Positions 38,864 to 51,752 of a DNA stretch of 64,000 nt are shown here, in pieces. Position numbers and translations under genes: made by a program. The notes below the pieces were generated by a model. It was not told the origin of the DNA, searched no databases, and was given only the letters and a program-made list of their open reading frames with translations. Origin of the DNA: Mytilus trossulus. Lineage: Eukaryota. The stretch lies in the NCBI RefSeq assembly GCF_036588685.1, contig NC_086379.1:31744001-31808000 (forward strand). Direction: 5' to 3'. Position 1 is the stretch's first letter. The number at the start of each line of letters is the position of its first letter.

Positions 38864-39727
38864 ATAACAAATAAACTGCGTCATGAGCGCATGATACGCC
38901 CGTCGTCTTGTGTGACAGTTTTATGCAATAATCATAAATAGTTTCTGAGAAAGTTTAAAGCAATAACCATATATTGTTTTTGAGATACGGAGGGACATAT
39001 CCTTCTTTTTTTCAAAAAAACTAAATATCACTAAAATAAAATTTTGAATCAAAATCAAAAAGTATACAGATCTTAAGATTAATATAACAAAGAAGTGTGT
39101 AAAGTTTTAAGCAATAATCATAAATTGTTTTAGAGATACGGCGCGACATGTAAAAAACCCCTCCCCCTTTTTAAAAAAATACTAAATTACTGAAAAATTA
39201 TATTTTGAATCATCACCAAACAGTTAACAGATCTTTAGATTAATATAACAAAGAAGTGTGTAAAGTCTTAAGTAATAATCACAAATTGTTTTTGAGATGC
39301 GGCGCGACATGTAATAAACCCCTCCCCCTTTTTTACAAAATATTAGATAACTCAAAAATGAAATTTTGAATCATCACCAAAAAGTAAACAGATCATAAGA
39401 TTAGTATAACTAAGAATTGTGTAAAGTTTTAAGCAATAATTAAAAATTGTTTTTGATATACGGGCGACATGTGAACCCCCCCTCTTTTTAAGCTACAAAG
39501 TGCCGTAACTCAAAAAGTTTTAATCTTATTTTCACCAAAAAGTATATAGATCATTTGCCTGTCATAAGAACCAACTATAATGAGTTTCATGAAATTTGGA
39601 TAAGTCGTTCTCAAGTTACGGTGCGACATGTTAAGGCCCGACAGACAGACAGACGGACAGACGGACGGACACCGGATATATGTATTACATAATACGTCCC
39701 GTCAAAATCTGGACGGGCGTATAAAAA
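38864..39727. mobile_element. Helentron-associated (HINE / pearl-like) non-autonomous element with ~160-bp internal tandem cores
   Basis: Subterminal IR ATACGCCCGTC (38894-38904) / GACGGGCGTAT (39712-39722); cores start at ~38950, 39101, 39262, 39423; GACA/GACG microsatellite; terminal hairpin followed by an A run. Confidence 0.8.
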
Positions 39728-41488
39728 TGAGGTCATTTGACTCTTTTTCATGCTACATTACAAAAAAGGTAAAATTACAAATATTAACAAATATTATTTA
39801 TAAAAGTTACTTTATCTGAGTTATCTCTTCTTATGTGGCAAAGCTGAAAAAATATTCCCTTTTTTGTAAAATAAAGTCGGAAATATGATACAACACATGA
39901 ATAGTTTTCTATGTTGATATGAAAAGCCTTATTCATGAATGACATATTCTAGAAATTTGCAGATTTTTATGAAGATGATCAAGATTAATAGTTATTTTCT
40001 ATTTCAAACTCCAAAATGAGGAAGACACCCCAGATATCTCAGAAATAAAATTGCATTAGATAATGATAACGCATATGCTAAGCATGTTCGGTTATTAAAA
40101 GACAAGAATGACAATATTGAAATGTTAAACAAAGGGTACAACAGGAAGAACTCTTTCGTTGATTGATTCATCCCACAAATTATGATTCTGAAAGCAGAAG
40201 ACAATAACAATCAAAACCAAGGAGTAAACAAAGACTCACAAAACCAATTAAAAGGACATTTACATCAACAGTTATAAATGATAGTTAAGAAACAACACGA
40301 ACTCAACTAAAAACCGGGAGTGAAATCAGGTGCTCCGAAAGGGTAATCATTTCCTGCACCGTATACGGCACCTGTCGTGTTATTTCTTTGTTCAGTTCGG
40401 TAAGGATGGAAGGTTATTATGACTGAGGAAGAATATCAGTTATGATTTCTGACAAATTTCTTGAGTGATGACCTTAATTTGATTAATTCATTTGAGAAAG
40501 CAGTATTCCTTGTTCAACAAAATCAACGTACTTTGAGCTAGCCTTAGAGTAACGTATCAATTGAGACACATATACTCCATAAGCTGGTGTCGCTGGGATA
40601 ATGCTACACAGAATTTACAGGTTATTTTGCTGAAATGACGTCTGTTTTTATAAACAAGATGTTTACTTTCTCCGACAAACCTTTCCGAAGTTGCAACTAT
40701 AATCATCAAAGATGTTCCTGTATGTATTAATTCGATATTTACAAAAGATCCTTACAATAAAAGAAAAGTTGTTGATATATTCTATTTGTATTACAAGAAA
40801 TTATAAGTCTTGAGTCAAACACTTACTTTCAAAGGGTGTTATATTGGCTGGAACTATTAGAAAAAGATCTTCAAAAGGTTGTCACCATTTTTATGAGACT
40901 TATTATTGCTATCTTTACTGTTGTAGGGTGAAATTTAATTATTGTTGTACATTCATAAGATGATGACAGTTATTTCTGAACACTTTGAATTAGAGAAAAT
41001 ATCTTTTAGACATGATAAATGCTGCTAGAATTCTATTTCTGTTGCTTGCATCAATATGTAGAAACTGGTTTTTTTATGACAGTTATTTGTCGACATGCAG
41101 CCAATTACTATGTTAACGAAATCTTTTAAAGATAGTTATGCAACACGAATCAAAAATTATTAGAAGTAGAAACATTTATCTTAAAATTAGATATTATAAG
41201 ATGTGCTTAAAAGCATTAAGTAATTCTGTGAGTAATGTTTGCAACGTTACAATTTATTTGCATTATTCTTGATCACCGCGGCAATGTATGAAAACAGTTG
41301 TCATGAGTGTTTCTGGAGGAATCACAAACGAACTATGGCTTATCTCTAATGTGAAGACATTTTAATCGAACATTAGCTGATACATCAGTTGGGGGATTTT
41401 TTCTAACAGATCAGTAACAGATAACTTTATTTCGTGGATAGTTGTTTGAGATCAAGCAAGGTATTGATTTGATAGAAAAGGACACACG

Positions 41489-41955
41489 TAAATAAACTCA
41501 TTATAAATACCAAGTTTGAACTTTTGTATTAACGCCAGACGCACGTTTCGTCTACAAAAGGTTCATCAATGACGCACGAATCCAAAAAAATTCAAAAGGC
41601 CAAATAAAGTACGAAGTTGAGGAGCATTGAAGACCAAAATTCATAAAAGTTTTGCCAAATACAGCTAAGGTAAATAAAGGCAACAGTAGTATACCGCAGT
41701 TCAAAACTCATAAATCCACGGACAAGAAACAAAATCGGGGTAACAAACTAAAACCGAGGGAGACGCATTATATATAAGAGGAGAACAACGACACAACACT
41801 GAAATATAACACACACAGAAACGGACCAAGCATCAGACAAAATCCCACGAGAATAACAAATATAACATCAAAACCAAATACATGAATTTGGGATAGTATT
41901 TGAACCATGACACGTCTTATCCCTGAAGTAGAAAAGCCTTAGTATTTTAAAAAAT
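41489..41955 (-). mobile_element. Retrozyme copy (hammerhead 41532-41575, C3>T) interrupted by a nested insertion at 41674-~41914
   Basis: Minus strand GCGTCA TTGATGA ACCT TTTGT AGAC GAAAC GTGC GTC TGGCGT. The unit motif GCTAAGGTAA|TCT.ATCCCTG...CCTTAG is split by an ATAAAGGCAACAG-family repeat. Confidence 0.75.
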
Positions 41956-42754
41956 GCAATGAAATAAGATATACATATGAACCTATTTCCGTACACCTCC
42001 TTAAACATTGTTATATTAAGATAAAACCATGTTGATCACGAATTTAAATCTACTATAATTATTACTTTAGTTCACCTCAAGTTTAAGGTCGAACATTTAT
42101 ATTTAGGTTACATATATATTTTTTTATGCAAAGTATACATTTAACGAGTTTTTTTTTTCAATTTAGAAATGTTATTTGCTTTGTATATACAAACCTCAAA
42201 TCTGAAATCAAATATTGAAAGAGTCTATGGCATTGCTCAGCATTTATTACATTTGTTAGAATATAATCTTTATTATACAGAGTTTCATGTATATTCCAGA
42301 TACTAATATTATCCATATCAAGTTAACTGATTGGCGTTTCACGTGTTCTTTCATCACTATTGTCTACTGCGTGCCTAACAGTTTCGATGGAGGAAAACGG
42401 AGTGGACGGACAGACACATCTACATTCGACAGATAAAACACTGACTACCCTTGACAATTAATATTACAATTGAGCATACTTGCCACATGCGAAGTACATG
42501 TAACATAACATCGATCTTGACAGGCTAGTGATACAGTGGTTGAATTACTAAGACCGTTCGGCCAATGTCCCTCCATGTAATATCAATTTAAGGTAGATGA
42601 AATATAGAACTAGCTAATAAATAAGTCTCCTTTATTTACATATGATTTCAAAGATTTACAAACTATGGTTGATTGTTTGATGTTTTGATTGATTGTTAGT
42701 GTTAAATGGTGATTTTCTTTTTAAAAGTTTTTACTTATTTATTTCATCTGATAT

Positions 42755-42849
42755 TGGATTCGAGCGTAACTGTTGAGTCTTTTGTGGACGAAGTGCACAT
42801 CTGACGTGAGTGCTGAATTTAATACTGGTATCTATGATGAGTTTATTTG
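42755..42849 (+). repeat. Retrozyme fragment with degenerate hammerhead (42764-42807)
   Basis: GCGTAA CTGTTGA GTCT TTTGT GGAC GAAGT GCAC ATC TGACGT...CTGGTATCTATGATGAGTTTATTT. Confidence 0.7.
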
Positions 42850-42977
42850 ATCTGATAGCGATTTTAAGATAAAAGCAAAAAAGGCAAAAAAAAACCAAAA
42901 TGGTGAGAGAAAAATGTGGAAAAAAATACCATAAACTCCATTAACGAGTCAACTGAAGATTTAGGACATATACCAAG

Positions 42978-43330
42978 ACAACAGTAGTATACTGCTGTTA
43001 AAAAGACATAAATCGATTGAGAAAAAACCCCAAATCAGGGATAAAATTTTAACCGAGGGAAACACGTCAACTATATTAGAAAAACAACGAAATAGCAGAA
43101 CATAGAAGTGCAACATCAAACAAACAACAATGCAACATTCACAAGAATGAACTATTAGATAACAACTGCCATATTCCTGACTTGGTTCAGGACGTTTTAA
43201 GAAAGAATGGTGCTTGAACCTGTTGTTGTGGCTAGTCAACCTACGCGCTATATGTCAATGTTAAATATACCACTAAAAAGACAACATTACGTGACGGGAA
43301 TAGAGTACATATAAATGTAAAAAATACCAA
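42978..43330 (-). repeat. Interspersed ATAAAGGCAACAGTAGTATACCGCTG repeat family (also ~35780-36050, 41674-41914, 46329-46530, 59820-59960)
   Basis: Recurring terminal block CAACAGTAGTATAC.GCTGTT.AAAA..CATAAATCGATTGAGA. The minus strand carries CCTG.ACCAAGTCAGGA, so it is probably a retroelement 3' end. Confidence 0.65.
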
Positions 43331-43997
43331 AAACACAGAATATCAATAAGTAGTTTGAAGATTTCTTTATACAAAATCTATTAGTTATTGTTACAAGATA
43401 AAACGAAAAAAAAAAGAAATTTGGAAAAATCGACTTTAAAGGGCAGTTACTTCATACGAATCAAATATGTTACCTTTTTTGTAGACCTGACATGCTGATC
43501 ATCTTTTCTACTTTAGATTTTTGTCTTTTTATTATGGTTTTAGGGTTAGAAGGCAAAAAGGAAAGACAAAAAGGTAAGATTAGTCGTAAAAGACCAAAAA
43601 CGTCTATAAGAACTCGTTTGACAGTTTTGATGCAAATAAATATTTAAAAAGTAAACCTCTGCATTTTGAAAATTTTTGCACTATTCTTTTTTTCGCCATT
43701 TATAACGATATTAAGATAATTTCTGCCATGTTTGTATAATTTGGCCTGCAGTTTTTTGTTAGAATATTTGACATGATATTCATGCACGAGGTATCCTGTA
43801 TATTAATAATAATGTTCTGTACCAATCAACAATCTTTTGTGGCCTTATCGATGGTTAATCAGATGACAATAAGTTTCATATTCACACACAAATGTTTACA
43901 ATTTATAAATATTCATGAATTTATATACTTTTTCCTCTGGAGTTTTCGAAGTTATTATTTAATGTTTATAAGTTTTAAATATAATTGAGACTTTGAG

Positions 43998-44372
43998 TTA
44001 TATTTAAGAATTGAATGCTTCTTTTTGTAAATTTATTGGGGTGTAAAAGCGTTGACCGAAGTACATTTTGTATGAAGCGCGGAAGCGCTTCATACTAAAA
44101 ATGTGCGCACGGTCAACGCTTTTACAACCTTATAAAGTTACAAAAAGAAGCATTCAATACTTATAATTACATTTTTTAGCTATGATTATGAAAACACGAA
44201 GTTTTATAAATTTTGTATTTTATTCACCTGTGCACTTTATTGTGGGACCACGTGCTATCATGAATGAAAAGTGTTATTGAGTGATGCGATTGCCTACGGA
44301 ATAACACGTGATGTGCAGTTAGCCAATCAAAATAAAGTATTATAATGAAACATACATCTAATGTAATTATAA
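43998..44372. mobile_element. Non-autonomous element: ~160-bp palindrome plus IR-bounded unit
   Basis: Hairpin 44005-44163 centred on GCGC-GGAA-GCGC; 13-bp IR TTATAATTACATT (44161-44173) / AATGTAATTATAA (44360-44372); degenerate copy at ~24925-25020. Confidence 0.65.
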
Positions 44373-45359
44373 TTGCATATTAATTCGGCAGCTAAGGCTA
44401 CTTTACCATATTTCTTTTTTTTATTCATAAATCTTATCTTTTGCTTGCGTTTATAAATAAAAAAAGGTTAGGGCCATAACACTAACAAAATCAAACGTAA
44501 CCAACCAACGGAGCAAAATTAGAAAACAACTGTCATATTCATGATTTGGTACAGGCTTTCTCCAAAGAAAATTGTTATTGAACCTGAGTTTACAGCTTCC
44601 CATTACACTTTGAACGGTCAAAGCAAAAACGATATATGGATGCGTAATAAATATCAGGTCAGGTTAAGATTCATACGAACAAAGGATTGTTTTGGAAAAT
44701 AGGACGATTATGCTTCGGATATTATTAAGACTGCTGTCGAAAATTCCATCTTGTCAACAAATCAATTAAAGAATGTCTGTAAAATTTAATCAAATAATTG
44801 CTTACTTATAAAATATTGATTGAAATTCATTAGACAGAACGCGCTTTCAAATTACCAATTTCTATTAAACCATGTAGAATTTTTTCATGATTAACCTTAA
44901 TGGCTAGTTATATAGTTGCTTCATTTAGAGATTTGAAGTTCATTTAAAATCGAAATAACATCCTGTAGTTTTCCAAATGATCAATTATTCTAATTGAAAT
45001 GAAATGACAATGTTTTTTTTACGTTTATGAAGATTTGACGTGGACAACGCATTTGCTAGATTCATCAAAATCATGTTGATTGCAATATTTTAATCTACAT
45101 AAACAGTATCTAAATGTGAGATAAGCATGAAAATTTGGTTCTTGAACATACCATTAGATAATATGTTCGAGTTAAGGGTTAACGTATTATTCTTGTTATT
45201 TTCGCGATTACGTCTTAAAGCATTTGTAGGTTTATCTTGCTGCTTTCCTGGTTCATAGACGGTGTTCGCAGATTTTGCATCACTTTAAGGAATATTGCTT
45301 TACAAACTCTAAAACATCGTATTTGATTTAGTCTTCGAACTGTTATATGTTATTATACC

Positions 45360-45755
45360 GCCGCTCATGAGTCTGACGAGGACAAAACGCGCTTTTTTCA
45401 AACCTTATTATAAGCAATCTTTGCTTAAATAAGCACTTGCACGTACCCGGAATTATCACTATCTATTTATCCAGTACTGTTGATTTGACATCAAGTATCG
45501 TTAATATTGTCATTTTTTTTAAATAAGCTGTTGTTTAAATTTTGATTATTCTATACACTTAAGTTTTTTCGATTCCCAAGTACTCATGCCCAGATTTGGG
45601 ATTATTACTTATACGATTTCAAGTTTTAAAATATCTTCTACTACGTACGTAATTGATTGGGCCATTTGACTTATTGAATTCTACTATCCCTGATGAGTCC
45701 TATGTAGAAAACAAGGTCTTCTGATTTATCATATCATAAGCATGGTACCTTTATT
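45360..45755 (+). repeat. Old retrozyme unit bounded by two hammerhead relics
   Basis: CTCATGAGTCT...GGACAAAACGCGC at ~45364 and CTGATGAGTCCTATGTAGAAAAC at ~45690, followed by CATGGTACCTTT. Confidence 0.55.
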
Positions 45756-46719
45756 GATTGCAAAACCTATCTTTTGAAATCAGTTATTAACTGTTGACCA
45801 TATACAAATCAGCTTTTTAGCAAGAGTTTTTCTATCCTAAGTAATATATCTTTCAAGTGAAAAAAATGATATTCAATGTCATGAATGGTCGATTCGTTGT
45901 ATCACTTGTTTTCAACAAGTAAGTAAACCTCCGCGTAACATAGTACGATGTATTGTTAAGCGGTACATTTATATCCGTCATAAAATACAACAAATCAGGC
46001 CCTACACTCAGTCAAACAAGGATTCAATATTTCATAATTTTCTTCGAAGTAATAACATCTTCACAAAATTTAACATTGTAGGTGAATAAATTTGAGACAA
46101 CATTTCTTTGCCGATGTTGAATTCAATAAATCTGATAAGAAGATACACTATCATATCTTCATTTGTAAACAAAACATGTGGGTATCATATCGGTAGCCAA
46201 ACAGAACTGACCACTACATTGAATCTTACTTTTGACTTACATGAAAATAACAATTTAATAATTTTCATTTTCAATTCACACCTTTCGAAGTCAATGTTAC
46301 GGTAGATGTTCAATACATAGAATGTTGAATAAAGGCAACAGAAGTATATCGCTGTTTAAAAGTCATAAATCGACTGAGAGAAAACAAAATACGGGTTACA
46401 AACTCAAACAGAGTGAAACTCATCAACTATCAGAGGAAAATAACGAAATAACAGAAAGACTGAAGTGCAACAACAGACCAAAAACTCAACGCATAAACAC
46501 CAATACAAATATATAGCAACGAACTATGAAATTAATGGTCTAACTATTACTCTTGATCTAATCTAAGTACAATTATTGTGTAAATAGATTAATCATGTCT
46601 CAAAGATAATTATTCCCGAATTAATATGCAGAATTTTCTTTTGAAGAAAAAACAAAAAAATATAACTTGTTTCGCCACAAATATACAATTGGTGTCTTCA
46701 TGACTTACAATGTTAGTTT

Positions 46720-47065
46720 TAAAAGAGAGACGAAAGATACCAGAGGGACAGTCAAACTCATAAATCAAAAATAAACTGACAACGCCATGGCTAAAAATTA
46801 AAAAAACAACAACAGACAAACAATAGTACACATGACACAACATAGAAAACAAAAGAATAAGCAACACGAACCCACAAAAAACTAGGGGTGATCTCAGGTG
46901 CTCCGGAAGGGTAAGCAGATCCTGCTCCACATATGAAACCCGTCGTGTTGCTTATGTGATAAAAAATCTGGTAAATAGTTTAATTCGGTAGGTCACATTC
47001 ATGATGGGGAAAGGGATTGTACTTACGAATTAAGGAACATATCCGATATCATTAGTGATACGGTT
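46720..47065 (-). mobile_element. 3' end of the third Penelope-like family (other copies ~32590-32940, 40200-40660, 50300-50530)
   Basis: Shared AAGAGAGACGAAAGATACC...CAACACGAACCC...TCAGGTGCTCCGGAAGGGTAAGCAGATCC...CCGTCGTGTT block, also seen next to the RT at ~53630-53690. Confidence 0.7.
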
Positions 47066-47164
47066 CTAAAATTATCTTTAATTAATAAATAGGGGACAAT
47101 ATCAACAGCTCACTAAACCAAGAAAAACTTTTAACTGCGCAAACTGCAAATTAAAATGGAACTT

Positions 47165-47424
47165 TTGTTTTATTAAGCCCGACCTACGGACATTCTGTTT
47201 TTCTGTCTGTGCGTCCGTCTGTTCGTCTTTCTGTCCGGTTTCGGGTCAAGGTATTTTTTGATGAAGTTGAAGTCCAATGAACTTGAAAACGAGTACACAT
47301 CTTTCCTATGATATGATCTTTCTAATTTTGATTCCAAATTAGAGTTTTGACCAAACTTCAGTTCACTGTACATAGCAAATTAAAGTGCGAGTGGGACATC
47401 GATGTACTATGGACACATTCTTGT
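47165..47424. mobile_element. Short degenerate HINE-like element in the opposite orientation
   Basis: T run, then TCTG/TCCG microsatellite, a single core, and the terminal GGACACATTCTTGT. Confidence 0.55.
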
Positions 47425-50400
47425 AAACAATTATATTGATCTTTAAAATTTAGTTGTTTTTGCAATATATAATTACATCAAACTGATATGAAGAGAAAAC
47501 CGCCATTTCGATAACAATAATTTACTTATTTGCGTTTATGAAAAAGTGGATTTACAATGCATCTTTCTGGAAAATATGAAATCAAAAATCAGTCCGTTGT
47601 AAGTTCCTCTTTCGAATCATTTACTTAGATTGTTTAAAAACTTTAATATTCGATTATGGAAATGAATATACCATCGACCATTCATCTGCAGTGTCATATA
47701 TTTTTGTTAATCAAATGGGAGACAAATATATAAGTTTAAAAGGAAAATATCAATTTATAAATGTTCTGTATCTTCATATGTTTATATATATTTATTTATT
47801 GACTTTTTACAGGAACTACAACGATAAAATTGTTTAGAATCGTTTTTATAACTTTCCGAAATGTAAACTTCAAATTTGGTCTCTGGGTAGCATTGTCCTG
47901 TCGGCAATTATACCACAATTTCTTATGAAGAAAATTGAGGATTGAATCTGTGTTCATACTTGTCGCTAGCTAAACATCCCACTTGTTATGTCGATTACTT
48001 TGATTTTTTTTCTAAATGTTTTCACAAATTCCAATTTCACCGTACAATGCTATATTCATAGATAACTTGTATACATACAAATAGTACCTATACACTACCA
48101 AAAGGGCAAAAATTCAATGATTTACAATAAATTGTGTACATAATACAGTATCATATCATGAATGTTAAACACAAATAAACAACATCTCCAATACAATATG
48201 CATTCTCATCATCTTTACGACGCTAGCCTTCCTATATGTCTCTGAAGACAGAAAATACAATTATCACTTAATTACTGATACAGGACATTGTCAGTTACGA
48301 TTTATATTGTGCATGAGTAATGTTGTTGTTGATATTCTTGCATCAAAACAAACAAATATTTCCTAAAATATTCTAAGTAATTGATACAAATTCGATGCTA
48401 ATAAAGTATAGCGTGTTTATTGAAATACGAAAACTAGAAATGCGTTTGGGATTTGTCCGGAAATAATGTGCCACGATCACAATACTAATACAATATTTTC
48501 AAATCAGAATTAGCTTTCTCAAGTCATTCATTGCGTTTGTTGGAGGCAGTATATTATATATTTTATGTTAACGCATATACTAATTACTTCTTCTGATAGA
48601 ATGGTATTAAATTCTCCTTTTGCGCATCATAAATGAAGGTTCATTTCAAGTTCATTCTGAAACAAAATCACCATATAAATCAAAAAGTTTTTGAGATTAT
48701 CATAAATATCTAATAAGCTTGATGGCAACACATTGTCGGGTCTATTTGATAAATGAATTTCCATTTGCTCCTTACACATGTCAAAGTTATATCTTTGGGA
48801 CTATGAATGACTGTATGCTGTAGTCTGAATATTACATATTTGTTTTCACTTGTAATCATTTGTATGTAATTAATGTTGATTGTTCTGCTCCTTGTGTGCG
48901 CTTTGATTAGCTAGCAATACAATATATTGAATATTTGAATTTGTTTTACAATTAGAATTTACTCGTATGGTTTACAAAAATGTTTATACTGTGTAACAGT
49001 AAACATGAAATGATATTATAAACGTCGCACCCTTGCTATTTTAAAGAAGTGAGATATCATTTTCAATCAGCGTCTAAACATGTTTATGTACCCTTTACTT
49101 TGTCCATAATAAGCGTCAATTACAAAAGAAAAAACTATTATTTTGCAATTTTTTTACCTAGATTTTAGAGCTTTAAATGTTTCTATTTACATTTTTATAC
49201 AATGCAAAACATTAAAGGTAAAAAAGTAAATACCCTCGCAGCAATTGAAGTTTACAAATTCGTATGATAACCAGTGTTATATGTCGTCTCATTCAACATA
49301 TTGAAGCTCCATAAAACAAATCAGAACCATTTACCAACATCAAAAGATTATTTGAATGATATGCGAAAAAAAAGTATCCAACAAAGTCGAATAACATGGA
49401 TGTAAGCATTTAAGACCTTTCACCCTGAAAAAATCGTATAGTCAAATAAAGAAGGCTCCGAACATGAAAAATTGAGCAAAAGTAATCAAACGAATGTTCA
49501 ACTGCCTTTTGTATGACTTAACAATGAATATGACACACATTAACCAACTACAACTCCTAACGTTGGTTAAACACATTCGGACAGGTTGGTAAGTCTTCAA
49601 ACACTATTGGAACCCCCCCCAAAAAAAACCAATACAAAGGCAAGAGACATGAAGTACCTCCTAAAAGTACTAACAGATGTTACATTTACTATAAAATATT
49701 GAATATTGTTCAAATCCAAATACAACTGATATACAGATGATATTTTTCTAAACGAAAGTATCTATCCTTACACATCCAACGGATCTATTGGAATAGGTAG
49801 TATAGACATATTCGGAAGTCTGATATTAACATGTGTTCCTTTGTAATTACTGTGGATGATAAAATGCTAAAGTTGAAATTGGAGTTGAACACTTCTTTTA
49901 CAAAAATAATTTTCTTTATATATTCAGTTAAAGTTCAATGATCCAAAGTTGTAAGCAGACTTTTTACAAAGTCTGTGACAAGGATTTGTTGAACTTCTAC
50001 AAATGAACATGTTGTTTTTCGTGTCGTTTTGCTATTGTGTGAATGGTCATATTCTTCTTTTATAAATATGAAGATTAGTTTGCTTCTGTTTACTAACATT
50101 CTAACAAATAAACAGTAACCGACATTTTTTTGTTTCATAAATATGGCGTTTTATACATATTAATCGCCTAATTGGCAGCATTAACCGACTGATGAGGAAC
50201 AAAGGGAAGTTATTGTAGTTATTTAATCAATTAATTGTGTTTAGTGCCATTCTTTGAATTATGAAGCTGCATACCTTTCAACCATACCCACACACAAAGA
50301 GTTAAAGAGAAACGAGAACTACCAAAAAGAACATACAGAATCGAAAATAAACTGGCAACACCGTAGCTAAAAAAGAAAAAAAGGCAAACAGACAAACTAT

Positions 50401-50727
50401 AGTACACATAACACAACATACGCAACTGAAGATAAAGCACAACGAACCCCACCAAAATGTTGGAATAATGTCAGGTGCTCCGAAAACAAAGCATTTCTTA
50501 CTTTACATACGACACCCGTCGTATTACTCTTATGAACTCATTAATAAGATTTAAAGTTTGTATGGCATTACATAAAAGTATATTGGTAATTGATCCCCTA
50601 ACTATATATATATTACAGGCATTTTCTAAATTTAGGCATTTTGTAAAATGCCTGAAAACTTTAGGCATTTTCCAAAATGCCTGCAAGAATCACTCATTAT
50701 TTATAATGACAAAATTTGCTAGGCATT

Positions 50728-51635
50728 AGTAGCAATAAACAAAAAAACTATGTTAATGGGACATGCTTTGGTACTTTATATGCCCTTGAATTTTTACTAG
50801 ATAACATTTTTGTTCGCTTTGGGGATTCTGTATATCGGCAGATTATCGGAATTCCAATGGGGACTAACTGTGCACCACTTATTGAGGACCTTTTTTGTAT
50901 TGTTATGAGTTACAATTTATGACAAAAATAAGCAAAGACCCATCGAAACAACATCTGATAAACAAATTTAATAATACTTTTAGATATTTGGATGATATTT
51001 TGGCTCTCAATAATGACGACTTCAGTATGTTTATTAATGAAATTTATCCTGTTGAACTTACTTTAAATAAAGCTAATACTAACAATGACCACTGCCCTTT
51101 CCTCGATCTTGATATCTATATCACTGACGGAAAGCTGAATACTAAAATTTATGATAAAAGGGATGATATTTCATTTCCTATCGTTAATTATCCGTTTGTA
51201 GATGGTGACGTTCCCTTGTCACCATCTTACGGTGTTTATATATCTCAACTTGTACGATTCGCTCGTGTATGTAACAATGTTTTAGATTTTAACGAGAGAA
51301 ATTTATGTATTACTGAAAAATTATTATACCAGGGTTTTCGATATCACAAACTAGTCAAAACATTTACTAAATTCTATCATCGGTATAAAGACATCATTCG
51401 TAAATATAGCTCAACATGCAGACTTCTTATACGTTCAGGTATATCACATCCAATTATTTACGGAAATATTCTTTACAAAGCACAAAGGTGTCAGTATTCA
51501 CCTCAGAAACTTACAAAACCTTTGAATAGACTTATTAAGAAGGGATATAATTACGATACTGTTGTCAAGTCATTAAAGATTGCATATTTTGGCGTTAATA
51601 TTGAGTCACTGATAAGGTCTTTGCATCGGAACTAA
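50728..51635 (+). pseudogene. Penelope-like RT (GIPMGTNCAP, FRYLDD, IYDKRDD, SYGVYISQL) with one frameshift near 50895
   Basis: ORF-track entries 50716-50922 and 50895-51635 join via a 1-nt frameshift; ends RSLHRN* with no C-terminal endonuclease. Confidence 0.9.
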
Positions 51636-51685
51636 ACACATTTATTCTAAAAACAGTTGTTGGCATGACACGGGTTATGTTCTTC

Positions 51686-51752
51686 TCATATATGTTATGA
51701 TGGTATGACACTAAACCCCTAACGGGAAGGATTGTGCCTGATGTTCATATGA
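51686..51752 (+). promoter_or_regulatory. Putative type II SECIS element
   Basis: ATATG tt ATGAT GGTATGACACT AAA CCC ctaac GGG a AGGATTGTGCC TGAT gtt CATAT: AUGA core, helix II with 2 mismatches, AAA 12 nt downstream, apical mini-stem, 3' UGAU. Confidence 0.75.

Noticed and set aside
46610-46930. MEQDLLTLPEHLRSP ORF
   Set aside because: Reading of a repeated retroelement 3' end, not a host gene.
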